Below are positions 6,337 to 16,479 of a stretch of 33,199 nt of DNA, one piece after another. Each line of letters opens with the position of its first letter. Position 1 is the stretch's first letter. Where the stretch lies: positions 6,696 to 39,894 of the forward strand of contig JBBUED010000033.1 of the NCBI GenBank assembly GCA_038078215.1, written 5' to 3'. Below the pieces are notes generated by a model, which searched no databases, was not told where the DNA came from, and saw only the letters and a list, made by a program, of their open reading frames with translations. The position numbers were made by a program, and so were the translations under genes. The stretch is from Patescibacteria group bacterium (lineage in GTDB: Bacteria; Patescibacteriota; Minisyncoccia; Phycocordibacterales; GWA1-40-21).

Positions 6337-9300
6337 ATGAAGACCCAAATAAAACCTATTTTTGACTTGGAGAAAAAGAAAGAGAAAAAATATTTCGGAA
6401 AGTTTAAAAAGCCCCTGACTTCCATACCGAACCTTGTTCAGCCCCAATTAGATTCATTCAAATGGCTTCTTGAGCACGGCATAGCGGAAGTCTTCAAGGA
6501 TTTTTCCCCAATCAAAGATTACGGAGACAAGAAATTCGAGCTTGCGTTTACCGGTTTTGAAATTTTGGAAGCAAAATACGACGAGCATTACGCCAAAGAA
6601 AACAAAATTTCCTACGACGCTCCGCTTAAGGTCAAAGTAAGTCTTAAGAATAAAACATTTGGTTCGATCAAAGAGCAAGAGATATTTTTGGCGGATTTTC
6701 CGATAATGACTTCCCACGGGACTTTCATCATCAACGGCATTGAAAGAGTCATCGTGCCGCAACTCGCCCGCTCTTACGGAATATTTTTCACTTCAAGCGA
6801 AATAAAAGGAAAAAATTATTTCGGGGCGAAAATAATTCCGGCGCGCGGAGCGTGGATAGAAATAGAGACGGATGCCGACGGCGCGATATACGTGAAGATT
6901 GACAAAAAAAGGAAGTTCGCGATGACTTCTTTGCTTAGGGTTTTGGGCGCGGCCACCGACAAAGAAATTCTTGATTTATTCAAGGGTAACGAGAACGCCA
7001 AGAAGTCAATTGAGCAGACGCTCGCGAAAGACCACGCGAAGACCGCGGATGAGTCATTCATTGAAATACACAAAAAGCTCCGAGACGGCGATTTGGCCAA
7101 TATTGAAAACGCCAAAGAATTCATCCGCTCCATTTTCAACGAAGAAAGATACGACCTTTCAAAAGTCGGCAGGTTCAGATTCAACAAAAGGTTCAACAAA
7201 AGCTTGAATGAAAAAGATTTGGAGCGAAAGACCATATCTCTTGATGATTTGGCCGTAATTGTAAACAATATAGCCGAACTGAATTCCAATCCGGAGGCTC
7301 AAGAAGACGATATAGACCATTTCGGTTCAAGAAGAGTGAAGTTCGTGGGCGAACTTCTGCAACAAAAAATGCGCGTGGGAATGTCGCAAATGAAGAGGAA
7401 TATTCAGGACAGAATGTCCACCATTGACCCCGAAATAACTATGCCCGTCCAGTTCATCTCGCCAAGACCGCTTCAGGCGCGAATAAAGGAATTTTTTACG
7501 ACGAACCAACTTTCCCAGTTTATGCAACAGGAAAACATACTCACGGAGCTTGAACACCTGCGAACACTTTCGGCTCTCGGTCCCGGAGGCCTTTCAAGGG
7601 AAAGAGCCGGTTTTGAAGTAAGAGACGTCCACTCTTCGCATTACGGCAGGGTCTGTCCGATCCACACTCCCGAAGGTCCTAACATCGGACTTATTTTAAG
7701 GCTTGCCACTTACGCCAGAATCAATGAATTCGGAATGGTTGAAACTCCTTATGCCAAAGTGAAAAACGGAAAGATCAGCAAAGAGATTCGCTATCTGAAC
7801 GCGCTGGAAGAAGAGAATTACAAAATCGCGCACGCCGCCAATGAATACGACGAAAACGGTCTCATAACAAGCGACTACGCGGAAGTGCGCATGAACGGCG
7901 AACCGCAGCTTGTCAAGAAAGAAGAAGTGGACTTTATTGATGTGGCCACGAATCAAGCTTTCTCCATAGCGACATCAATGATTCCGTTTTTGAACCACGA
8001 TGACGCGAACCGCGCGCTTATGGGGTCCAATATGCAGAAACAAGCCGTTCCTTGCGTGGTGCCGGAAGCGCCGCTTGTGGCTACCGGAATTGAAGCGAAA
8101 GCGGCGCTTGATACGGGAAGAATAATAATTTCCGATGAAGACGGAACCGTCTCTTATGTTGATTCCAAAAAAATAATCGTTGAAAATAATAAAGGTAAAG
8201 AAAAAACATATAAACTCGTCCAATTCTCAAGGACCAACAGTTTTATGTCTTTTCATCAGAGACCTAGCGTTGAGTTGGGGCAAAAAGTCAAGAAAGGCGA
8301 TCTTCTAGCCGACACTTCGTCCAGCAAAAACGGGGAAATGGCTCTGGGACAAAATGTTCTGGTGGCTTTCGTGTCCTGGTCCGGAGCGAATTACGAAGAT
8401 GCCATAATAATTTCCGAACGGCTTGTAAAAAACAGCAAATTCACCTCCGTTCACATAGAAGATTTCGTCGTTAATGTGAGAGACACCAAGCTCGGTCCGG
8501 AAATCACCACTCATGATATTCCGAATGTGGGAGAAGGAAAACTGAAGAATCTGGATGAGGACGGAATAGTCAGAGTCGGAGCCGAAGTTCGTCCGGGTGA
8601 CATTCTTGTCGGAAAAATCACGCCAAAAGGAGAAACCCAACTTACTCCCGAAGAGCGCCTTTTAAGGTCAATCTTCGGCGAGAAAGCGAGAGACGTTAAA
8701 GACACTTCCAAAAGGCTGGAAGGCGGAAAGAGAGGAAGAATAATCGGCGTCAAGATATTCTCAAGGGAAAAAGGAGACAAGCTGGAGTCCGGAATAATAA
8801 AAAGAATCCACATAGAGGTGGCGCAACTCCGAAATGTTTCCGTCGGCGACAAGCTTGCGGGAAGGCACGGCAACAAAGGAGTCATTTCAAAAATTCTTCC
8901 GGAGGAAGATATGCCTTATCTTCCGGACGGCACGTCCGTTGACATAATTCTTACTCCGCTCGGAGTGCCTTCCCGCATGAATTTGGGGCAAATTTTGGAA
9001 CTTCATCTCGGTCTTGCCGCTCACACTTTGAACTATCAGGCGATTGTTCCGCCGTTCGCCGGAGCGACCGACGCTGAAATAAAAGAAGAGCTTAAGAAAG
9101 CCGGCTTCAATCAAAACGGAAAGATGAAACTCTTTGACGGAAGGACCGGAGTGCCTTTTGACCAAGATATAGCCATAGGTTATATGTATATGCTCAAACT
9201 ACACCATATGGTTGAAGACAAGATACACATGCGTTCAATCGGTCCGTATTCCTTGATAACCCAGCAGCCGCTCGGAGGCAAGGCCCAAGCCGGAGGACAG

Positions 9301-9555
9301 CGATTCGGAGAAATGGAAGTCTGGGCGCTTCTCGGTCACGGCGTAGCTCACACTCTGCGCGAGATGCTCACCATCAAATCGGACGATATCGTGGGCCGTT
9401 CGGCCGCTTTTGACTCCATCGTCAAAGGCGAAGACATAAAACAGCCCCACACGCCGGCTTCGTTCAATGTGCTTTTGAATAATTTGAGAGGGCTTTCCTT
9501 GGATGTTGAATTAAAAAAGGAGAAGAAAGACGAACGCGATTATGGAGACGAATAA
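6337..9555 (+). CDS. rpoB: DNA-directed RNA polymerase subunit beta
   Basis: The 1072-aa protein carries hallmark motifs: LSALGPGGLSRERAG, MGSNMQKQAVP, GRHGNKGVISKI, PSRMNLGQILE and GGQRFGEMEVWAL. Confidence 0.98.
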   Translation: MKTQIKPIFDLEKKKEKKYFGKFKKPLTSIPNLVQPQLDSFKWLLEHGIAEVFKDFSPIKDYGDKKFELAFTGFEILEAKYDEHYAKENKISYDAPLKVKVSLKNKTFGSIKEQEIFLADFPIMTSHGTFIINGIERVIVPQLARSYGIFFTSSEIKGKNYFGAKIIPARGAWIEIETDADGAIYVKIDKKRKFAMTSLLRVLGAATDKEILDLFKGNENAKKSIEQTLAKDHAKTADESFIEIHKKLRDGDLANIENAKEFIRSIFNEERYDLSKVGRFRFNKRFNKSLNEKDLERKTISLDDLAVIVNNIAELNSNPEAQEDDIDHFGSRRVKFVGELLQQKMRVGMSQMKRNIQDRMSTIDPEITMPVQFISPRPLQARIKEFFTTNQLSQFMQQENILTELEHLRTLSALGPGGLSRERAGFEVRDVHSSHYGRVCPIHTPEGPNIGLILRLATYARINEFGMVETPYAKVKNGKISKEIRYLNALEEENYKIAHAANEYDENGLITSDYAEVRMNGEPQLVKKEEVDFIDVATNQAFSIATSMIPFLNHDDANRALMGSNMQKQAVPCVVPEAPLVATGIEAKAALDTGRIIISDEDGTVSYVDSKKIIVENNKGKEKTYKLVQFSRTNSFMSFHQRPSVELGQKVKKGDLLADTSSSKNGEMALGQNVLVAFVSWSGANYEDAIIISERLVKNSKFTSVHIEDFVVNVRDTKLGPEITTHDIPNVGEGKLKNLDEDGIVRVGAEVRPGDILVGKITPKGETQLTPEERLLRSIFGEKARDVKDTSKRLEGGKRGRIIGVKIFSREKGDKLESGIIKRIHIEVAQLRNVSVGDKLAGRHGNKGVISKILPEEDMPYLPDGTSVDIILTPLGVPSRMNLGQILELHLGLAAHTLNYQAIVPPFAGATDAEIKEELKKAGFNQNGKMKLFDGRTGVPFDQDIAIGYMYMLKLHHMVEDKIHMRSIGPYSLITQQPLGGKAQAGGQRFGEMEVWALLGHGVAHTLREMLTIKSDDIVGRSAAFDSIVKGEDIKQPHTPASFNVLLNNLRGLSLDVELKKEKKDERDYGDE

Positions 9556-9561
9556 TAAAAA

Positions 9562-12500
9562 ATGCCTATGAACAATATAAATGAATTAAAAAATCAATAC
9601 AATTTTAAAGCGAGATCGGCGTCGGATCAGAACGATTTTGACACCGTCACTTTGAAGCTCGCTTCTCCGGAGCGCATTAAGGAATGGTCATTCGGCGAAG
9701 TGACGAAACCGGAAACGATAAATTACAGAACTCAAAGAAGCGAGAAAAACGGCCTTTTTGACGAAAAGATTTTCGGACCGGACAAGGATTATGAATGTTA
9801 TTGCGGAAAATACAAAGGAGTGAGATACAAAGGAATTATCTGCGAAAAGTGCGGGGTTGAAATAACAAGGTCAATCGTAAGAAGGGAAAGAATGGGGCAT
9901 ATAGAACTTGCGAGTCCCGTGTCGCACATCTGGTTTTTGAAAGGTACTCCGTCCAGAATCGGCCTAGTGCTCGGAATGACCGCCACCGATTTGGAGAAGG
10001 TCGTTTATTTTGCCGGTTATATAATCACTCAAGTCAATGAATCGGAAAGAGAGAGATTTCTCAAGGAGTTGGACGGCGAATTCAAGTCCAAAGTCAAATC
10101 GGCAAATGACGAAAAAACAAAAGACGCTCTCAAAGAGCTTTTGGTCAATGCCAAAAAAGACATTGAAAGCATCCAAGAAGGAAAAGTTTTGGACGAAGTC
10201 GTATATCATAGATTTTCCGTAAAATACGGCACTTTATTTGAAGCCGGAATCGGCGCCGAAGCGGTTTATAACATTTTGAAGAATGTTGATTTGAAAAAGC
10301 TCGCGGGAAAACTTGAGGCGGATTACGAAAAATCAAGTTCCGTGGAAAAAGAAAAAATAAACAAGCGCTTAAGCGTGATAAGAGCGATGATATCTTCTTC
10401 CATAAGGCCGGAATGGATGTTTCTTCTCCGAGTTCCCGTAATACCGCCGGCTTTAAGGCCGATGGTTCCGCTTGACGGCGGACGATACGCCTCTTCTGAT
10501 GTCAATGATTTGTACAGAAGAGTCATCAACAGAAATAACAGGCTGAAAAAATTGAAAGAAATAAAAGCCCCCGATGTTATTTTAAGAAACGAAAAAAGAA
10601 TCCTTCAGGAGGCCGTTGATTCGCTCATTGATAATTCAATAAGAAGCGGCGGCTCCCTCTTTACTTCCATGAGTCCGGCTCAAAAGCGTCCTCTCAAATC
10701 TCTTGCTGATAATTTGAAAGGAAAACGCGGACTTTTCAGGGCGAATTTGCTTGGAAAGAGAGTGGATTATTCCGGCCGTTCAGTCATAGTCGTCGGTCCG
10801 GAATTGAGGCTCAACCAATGCGGCCTTCCGAAACATATGGCGCTTGAGCTTTTCAGACCGTTTGTCATTTCAGAGCTTTTAAGAAGCGAACTTGCTTTTA
10901 ACATAAGAGGGGCCGGCAGATTGATTGATGACGGAATTCCGGAAGTCTGGGCTATTCTTGAAGACATCATAAAAGACAAATATGTGCTTCTGAACAGAGC
11001 ACCGACTCTCCACAGATTGGGAATTCAAGCCTTCAAACCGGTGCTCATAGAAGGCAACGCCATTCAGGTCCATCCTTTGGTTTGCACCGCTTTCAACGCC
11101 GACTTTGACGGAGACCAGATGGCCGTGCATGTTCCGCTTGGCGAAGAAGCGCAGGCTGAAGCCAGAGAAATTATGGCTTCGGACAAAAACATATTAAAGC
11201 CCGGAAACGGCGAGCCGGTGATTTCCGCCAAGCTTTTAGATATTATCTTGGGTTGTTACTGGATTACGAAAATGATATCCGGCGATAAGGGCGAAGGAAA
11301 AATTTTTTCCTCGCCGAACGAGGCTATTACCGCCCACGATTTCGGAGCGGTCAGTCTTAGAGCCAAAATAAAAATTATGCCTACCGACAGCCCCAGATAC
11401 AAAGAATTCGGCGGAAAAATTTTTGAAACCACCGCGGGAAGGCTTCTTTTCAACGACATCTTGCCCGATGATTACAATTATGAAAACAAAGAGATAACCA
11501 AAAAAGTGATGTCCGGGATCGTTGACGATATGATTAACATTTACGGCATAGAAAAAGTTCCGGATATTCTGGACAAGATTAAAGCTTTCGGCTTCAAATA
11601 CGCGACCCTTTCGGGAATCAGCTGGGGAATTGACGATATTAAAATTCCGGAAAGAAAAGAGTCGGTCATAAATTCAGCCAAAGAAAAATACGAGGAAGTA
11701 GTGGAGCAATACAAAGAAGGCTTGCTCAATAAAGACGAGAAATTGAGGAAAAATATTGAAATTTGGCACGGCGCCAAGAATGAAATTGAAAGTCTCATTC
11801 CGGAGAGCCTTGATCCGAACGGGTCCGTTCATGACATGTGGAAGTCCGGAGCCAGAGGCTCGCTCGGCGCGATAACTCAAATGGCTGGAATGAAGGGACT
11901 TATTCAGAACACGGCCGGCGACACCATTGAATTTCCAGTAATAAGCTCCACCAAAGAAGGTCTTACTCCGATTGAATATTTCATCACGACTCACGGGTCG
12001 CGCAAGGGCCTTACCGACACGGCTTTAAACACGGCGACGGCGGGGTATCTTACGAGAAAATTGTTTGATGTCGGGCAGGATGTTCTCATTACTGAAAACG
12101 ATTGCGGCGCTAGGGAAGGAATTTTAATCAAAAGTGAAAGCGCTTCCGGAATAGAAGCTTCAATTGCCAAAAATATCCGCGGCAGAGTATTGGCGGCTGA
12201 TGTTCTTGATTCAAAAAAGAACGTGATGTTCAAAAAAGGGCATCTTTTGTCCAAGATTGAAGCGTTGTCCGTTGAAAAGGAGGGTGTAAGCGAAGCGTTA
12301 GTCAGATCGCCTCTTGTCTGCAAGTCGGTCCGCGGCATATGCGCCCAGTGTTACGGCGTTGATCTCGGAAAGGACAAAATCATAGGACTTGGAGAAGCAG
12401 TCGGCACGATAGCCGCTCAAGCGATAGGGGAGCCGGGAACGCAGCTTACTATGAGAACATTCCACTCCGGAGGCATCGCGTCAGTCGGGGGAGACATCAC

Positions 12501-13263
12501 TCAAGGATTGCCGCGAGTCGGAGAAGTTTTTGAAAAGCGAAAACCGAAAAACCCGGCTGTCGTCTCGGAAGTCAGCGGTGTCGTTTCTTCCATCAAAGAT
12601 TTGGAAAAAGAAAAAATCATAACTATCATTCCGGAATTTGAAGACAAGCCTAAAGGGAAAAAAGCTTCGGAGATTGAATACTCAATGAATTACAAGAGAA
12701 TGTCGCTTGTAAGAGTCGGTGACAAGATCAAGAAAGGCGACATAATTACCGACGGTTCCGCTGACATTGACGATGTCTTCAAATACGCCGGCAAGGAAAA
12801 GGCAATGAACTACGTGATTTCCGAAGTCAACAAGCTTTACGAACTTCAGGGCGAGACCGTTTCCAGAAAGCACATTGAAATTATCGTGAGGCAGATGTTT
12901 TCAAGGAAACGAGTCAAGAGCTCGGGGAGTACCGGTTTGTCAGTCGGAGATTTGGTGACGGATTCGGAACTCATGGAAGAAAATGACAAAGCGAAGGCGA
13001 GAGGGGGCGAAGAAGCGAAAGTCGAGCCTGTCGTTATGGGCATTACCGACATCTCTCTGTCAAGAAAGAGCTTCTTGTCAGCCGCTTCGTTCCAGCACAC
13101 GACGAGGATTCTTATAAACTCGGCCATAAGAGGAAACGAGGACAAGCTCGTAGGCCTCAAAGAGAATGTGATAATCGGACGATTGATACCGGCCGGCACG
13201 GGCTTCAAAGGAAGCGCGAAGTATAATATGATTCAGGAGATAATTGATAAGAAGGGAGAGTAG
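9562..13263 (+). CDS. rpoC: DNA-directed RNA polymerase subunit beta'
   Basis: The 1233-aa protein has an N-terminal Zn motif (CYCGKYKGVRYKGIICEKCGVE), the catalytic NADFDGDQMAVH and RAPTLHRLGIQAF. It starts 6 nt after the rpoB stop. Confidence 0.98.
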   Translation: MPMNNINELKNQYNFKARSASDQNDFDTVTLKLASPERIKEWSFGEVTKPETINYRTQRSEKNGLFDEKIFGPDKDYECYCGKYKGVRYKGIICEKCGVEITRSIVRRERMGHIELASPVSHIWFLKGTPSRIGLVLGMTATDLEKVVYFAGYIITQVNESERERFLKELDGEFKSKVKSANDEKTKDALKELLVNAKKDIESIQEGKVLDEVVYHRFSVKYGTLFEAGIGAEAVYNILKNVDLKKLAGKLEADYEKSSSVEKEKINKRLSVIRAMISSSIRPEWMFLLRVPVIPPALRPMVPLDGGRYASSDVNDLYRRVINRNNRLKKLKEIKAPDVILRNEKRILQEAVDSLIDNSIRSGGSLFTSMSPAQKRPLKSLADNLKGKRGLFRANLLGKRVDYSGRSVIVVGPELRLNQCGLPKHMALELFRPFVISELLRSELAFNIRGAGRLIDDGIPEVWAILEDIIKDKYVLLNRAPTLHRLGIQAFKPVLIEGNAIQVHPLVCTAFNADFDGDQMAVHVPLGEEAQAEAREIMASDKNILKPGNGEPVISAKLLDIILGCYWITKMISGDKGEGKIFSSPNEAITAHDFGAVSLRAKIKIMPTDSPRYKEFGGKIFETTAGRLLFNDILPDDYNYENKEITKKVMSGIVDDMINIYGIEKVPDILDKIKAFGFKYATLSGISWGIDDIKIPERKESVINSAKEKYEEVVEQYKEGLLNKDEKLRKNIEIWHGAKNEIESLIPESLDPNGSVHDMWKSGARGSLGAITQMAGMKGLIQNTAGDTIEFPVISSTKEGLTPIEYFITTHGSRKGLTDTALNTATAGYLTRKLFDVGQDVLITENDCGAREGILIKSESASGIEASIAKNIRGRVLAADVLDSKKNVMFKKGHLLSKIEALSVEKEGVSEALVRSPLVCKSVRGICAQCYGVDLGKDKIIGLGEAVGTIAAQAIGEPGTQLTMRTFHSGGIASVGGDITQGLPRVGEVFEKRKPKNPAVVSEVSGVVSSIKDLEKEKIITIIPEFEDKPKGKKASEIEYSMNYKRMSLVRVGDKIKKGDIITDGSADIDDVFKYAGKEKAMNYVISEVNKLYELQGETVSRKHIEIIVRQMFSRKRVKSSGSTGLSVGDLVTDSELMEENDKAKARGGEEAKVEPVVMGITDISLSRKSFLSAASFQHTTRILINSAIRGNEDKLVGLKENVIIGRLIPAGTGFKGSAKYNMIQEIIDKKGE

Positions 13264-13269
13264 CAGGAA

Positions 13270-13380
13270 GTAGCTTATTAGCTTGTAGCTTTTTAGGGGA
13301 GAAGGGAAGAGGAAGTTGCTAAATAACCTTTTCTTAATATTTTCCTAAAAAGCTAAAAAGCTACTAGCCTAAATAGCTAA
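13270..13380. repeat. Low-complexity imperfect palindrome built from (T)AGCTT / AAAAGCTA 7-8 bp units
   Basis: The left arm has TAGCTT at 13271, 13279 and 13286. The right arm has GCTA/CCTA every 8 nt from 13352. An 11-bp perfect pairing joins AGCTTTTTAGG (13287-13297) to CCTAAAAAGCT (13344-13354). The repeat fills the rpoC-dnaG spacer. Confidence 0.7.
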
Positions 13381-13387
13381 ACTAAAT

Positions 13388-15112
13388 ATGTCATCTTCCG
13401 TAGACAAAATCAAAGAAAGGCTCGGAATAGTTGACTTAATCGGGTCTTATATCAAGCTGGAAAGGGCGGGCAATAGTTTCAAAGCAAGATGCCCCTTTCA
13501 TAACGAAAAGACTCCTTCTTTCTTCGTATCACCGGAGCGCGATTCCTATTATTGTTTCGGGTGCGGGGCGAAAGGGGACATTTTCACTTTCGTGGAAGAA
13601 TTTGAGGGGCTGGATTTTAGGGGCGCTCTCAAAGTTCTCGCGGAAAGGACGGGGGTGGAGCTTGTTCCTGAAAATCCGAAATTCAGAGACGAGAGAGAAA
13701 AACTTTTTGCCGTTATGGAAGAATCAACCAATTTTTTTGAGCAGAATCTTTCTGGGGCAAGTGAGCCTTCCGATTATCTTAAAAAGCGCGGACTGACGGA
13801 TAAGACCATAAAAGAATGGAGGATTGGCTATGCTCCTCCGCTTTGGAATAATCTGGAAAATCATTTGAAAACAAAAAATTTTTCCGAAAGCGAAATGGAG
13901 AAAGCCGGACTCATAAAGAGAGAAGGAGGAAGGTCATACGACAGATTCAGGGGCAGAATTATTTTTCCGATATTTGACGGCTCTGGTCGAGCCATCGCTT
14001 TTTCCGGAAGAATTCTTAATGATGACGGAAAGTCGGCGAAATATTTGAATAGTCCCGAAACGGAGCTGTTCAGCAAATCAAGAACTCTTTACGGGTTTGA
14101 CAAAGCCAAGCTTGCCATAAAAAGAATGGACTATTCAATACTGGTTGAAGGTCAAATGGATTTGATTATGTGCCATCAGGCCGGCTATGCGAACGCTGTC
14201 GCGTCATCGGGAACGGCTCTTACGGGCGGACACCTTGAAATTCTCAAACGCTTGTCCAACAGGGTGATTATGGCTTTTGACGCCGACAATGCCGGATTCA
14301 ACGCTTCGGCGAGAGCCTGGCAGATCGCTCTTTCGCTCGGCATGGAAGTAAAAATCGCCGAATTGCCCAAAGGTTTTGACCCGGCGGAACTGATTTTGAA
14401 AAATAAAGAGAAATGGGCCGCGTCTCTTAAAGAATCCAAACACATAATAGATTTCTACTTGGACCGCGTTCTTGGCGAAGAGCCGGATAAAAGAAAAATA
14501 GCCCTAAAGATTAAAGACAAAGTTCTTCCTTTCGTTTCGGCGCTTGAAAGCAACATGGAGAAATCGCATTTTGTGGCCAAAATTGCCGATGCGGTCGGGA
14601 TTAAAGAAGAAGCCATATGGGACGACTTAAAGAAAGCCAGACCGGCTTCCGTCGAGGAATTTGTCGGAAGAAATGTTAAAATAATAAAGAATAATGAGGA
14701 GCCTCCGGCTCTTCGCAAAGATTCAATCTTGAGAAGAATTGCCGGAATATTGTTCTGGCAGGAATCGAAAGACAAGCCCGCCGCGTCCCTTGATACAGCG
14801 AAAGAGAATCTTAAAAATATAATAAGCGAAAAAGATTTCAATGAATTGTTTCTGACCGAAAAAGATTCCAGAAGTCGGCTTATTTTTGAAGCGGAAGCCT
14901 ATTATGGAAACAAGCAGGCAGTTGATGATGATTTGAACAATCTTATTTTGAATCTTGAAGAAGAATATTTGAAAATAAAACTTGATTCCGCCGTGAAAGA
15001 GCTTCATGAAGCGGAGAGAATAAAGAGAGGAGAAGAGGAGTTGAAGAAAATTTTAAATAAATGCCAGTCGCTGGCGGAACAGTTGGAAAGTCTGAAGAAG
15101 AGGGGGAAATGA
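13388..15112 (+). CDS. dnaG: DNA primase
   Basis: It has the zinc-binding motif CPFHNEKTPSF...CFGCGAKGD, TOPRIM motifs EGQMDLIM and FDADNAG, and a C-terminal helical domain. Confidence 0.95.
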   Translation: MSSSVDKIKERLGIVDLIGSYIKLERAGNSFKARCPFHNEKTPSFFVSPERDSYYCFGCGAKGDIFTFVEEFEGLDFRGALKVLAERTGVELVPENPKFRDEREKLFAVMEESTNFFEQNLSGASEPSDYLKKRGLTDKTIKEWRIGYAPPLWNNLENHLKTKNFSESEMEKAGLIKREGGRSYDRFRGRIIFPIFDGSGRAIAFSGRILNDDGKSAKYLNSPETELFSKSRTLYGFDKAKLAIKRMDYSILVEGQMDLIMCHQAGYANAVASSGTALTGGHLEILKRLSNRVIMAFDADNAGFNASARAWQIALSLGMEVKIAELPKGFDPAELILKNKEKWAASLKESKHIIDFYLDRVLGEEPDKRKIALKIKDKVLPFVSALESNMEKSHFVAKIADAVGIKEEAIWDDLKKARPASVEEFVGRNVKIIKNNEEPPALRKDSILRRIAGILFWQESKDKPAASLDTAKENLKNIISEKDFNELFLTEKDSRSRLIFEAEAYYGNKQAVDDDLNNLILNLEEEYLKIKLDSAVKELHEAERIKRGEEELKKILNKCQSLAEQLESLKKRGK

Positions 15113-15156
15113 AATTTTTATAAAGTGTTAATTTATTAAAATCCGTTATTATTTAT

Positions 15157-15259
15157 GAATTGCGAAACGCAAAAATTCAGGTCCCCAGGTCGCAAAAACT
15201 CTTTGTTTTTTAAGGTGTTTTTGCTAAATCAGACCGTAAATTTTTGCGTTTCGCAATTC
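15157..15259. repeat. Palindromic intergenic element, copy C (GAATTGCGAAAC termini)
   Basis: The 21-bp terminal inverted repeats are perfect: GAATTGCGAAACGCAAAAATT (15157-15177) and AATTTTTGCGTTTCGCAATTC (15239-15259). There is an internal 8-bp hairpin GCAAAAAC/GTTTTTGC. Confidence 0.85.
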
Positions 15260-15285
15260 ATCGTATTATTCAAAATAAAAAATAT

Positions 15286-16479
15286 ATGAAAAAGAAAATT
15301 CAAAAGAAGATTTCAAAGAAAAAAAGAGGAGCGAAGAAAATTCGGACAAAAGCGGTCAAAAAAGCGAAAAAACAGAAAATGGACCCGAAAATAGCAAAGA
15401 AAGTAAAAGACTATAAAGTCAGAACCGATCGCCTGCTTGCCAAAGGGCGGGAGCGCGGCTTCGTGACATACGACGAGATATTGAAAGAGTTTCCTCATAT
15501 TGAAGACGATATCGTGTTTTTGGACGACCTTTACGCCAAACTCTCCGTTTCCGGTGTGGATATTCTTGAGGGTGGAGGAATATTGAGCATTGATCAGGAA
15601 GAGGTTACCGGCAAAAAAAATGTTTATGGAGGCAAAAGCGAATCCTCCCATGATTCAATCCAAATGTACCTCAAAGAGATCGGGCAATACGCTTTGGTTT
15701 CAGCAAATATGGAAAAAGAACTAGCAAGAAGGATTGAACAAGGCGATGAAGAAGCTAAGAATCTTCTCGCTCGGGCGAACTTGCGCCTCGTGGTCTCAAT
15801 CGCCAAAAAATATGTGGGAAGAAGCGCCGACTTGACTCTTCTTGACCTAATTCAAGAAGGCAATCTCGGACTATTCAGGGCGGTTGATAAGTTTGATTGG
15901 ACCAAGGGTTATAAATTTTCCACTTACGCCACATGGTGGATAAGGCAGGCCATCACGAGAGCTTTGGCCGACCAGTCCAGAACTATAAGAGTGCCGGTAC
16001 ATATGGTTGAAACTATCGCCAAATACAAACAGGTGGTGCGAAGGCTTTCTCAAGACCTCGGGCGAGAACCTATGCCCGAAGAAATTGCGACAGAAATGGG
16101 CTTGGAAGTTGATAAAATTTACAATATTGAAAAGATTGACCAGGACACCGTGTCTCTGGAAAGTCCTGTCGGCGACGAAGGCGATGACGGCAAATCAACA
16201 CTGGGCGATTTCATAGCTGATGACAAAATTCTCTCTCCGGATCAGGACTCCTCCAGACGAATTCTCTCCGATCAAGTAAAAGAAATACTCGGCGATCTTT
16301 CACCGAAGGAGAAAAAAATTCTTGAAATGAGGCACGGTTTGGGTGACGGGATAACTCACACTCTTGAAGAAGTCGGCAAAGAATTCGGCGTCACCAGAGA
16401 ACGAATCAGGCAGATTGAGGCCAAAGCCCACGAAAAAATAAGGGTTCACGAGAAGATAAACCGATTGAGAAATTATTAA
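15286..16479 (+). CDS. rpoD: Primary (group 1) RNA polymerase sigma factor
   Basis: Region 2 is [39 protein letters not shown] and region 4.2 is [24 protein letters not shown] used the ATG at 15286 because the track's TTG at 15244 lies inside the right arm of repeat C. The N-terminus is Lys-rich. Confidence 0.93.
   Translation: MKKKIQKKISKKKRGAKKIRTKAVKKAKKQKMDPKIAKKVKDYKVRTDRLLAKGRERGFVTYDEILKEFPHIEDDIVFLDDLYAKLSVSGVDILEGGGILSIDQEEVTGKKNVYGGKSESSHDSIQMYLKEIGQYALVSANMEKELARRIEQGDEEAKNLLARANLRLVVSIAKKYVGRSADLTLLDLIQEGNLGLFRAVDKFDWTKGYKFSTYATWWIRQAITRALADQSRTIRVPVHMVETIAKYKQVVRRLSQDLGREPMPEEIATEMGLEVDKIYNIEKIDQDTVSLESPVGDEGDDGKSTLGDFIADDKILSPDQDSSRRILSDQVKEILGDLSPKEKKILEMRHGLGDGITHTLEEVGKEFGVTRERIRQIEAKAHEKIRVHEKINRLRNY

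Noticed and set aside
6454-13208. Many 60-157-aa ORFs on the - strand, and in off-frames on the + strand, inside rpoB and rpoC.
   Set aside because: They lie wholly within two very confidently identified long genes. They lack start contexts and have low-complexity or odd composition. These are typical shadow ORFs.
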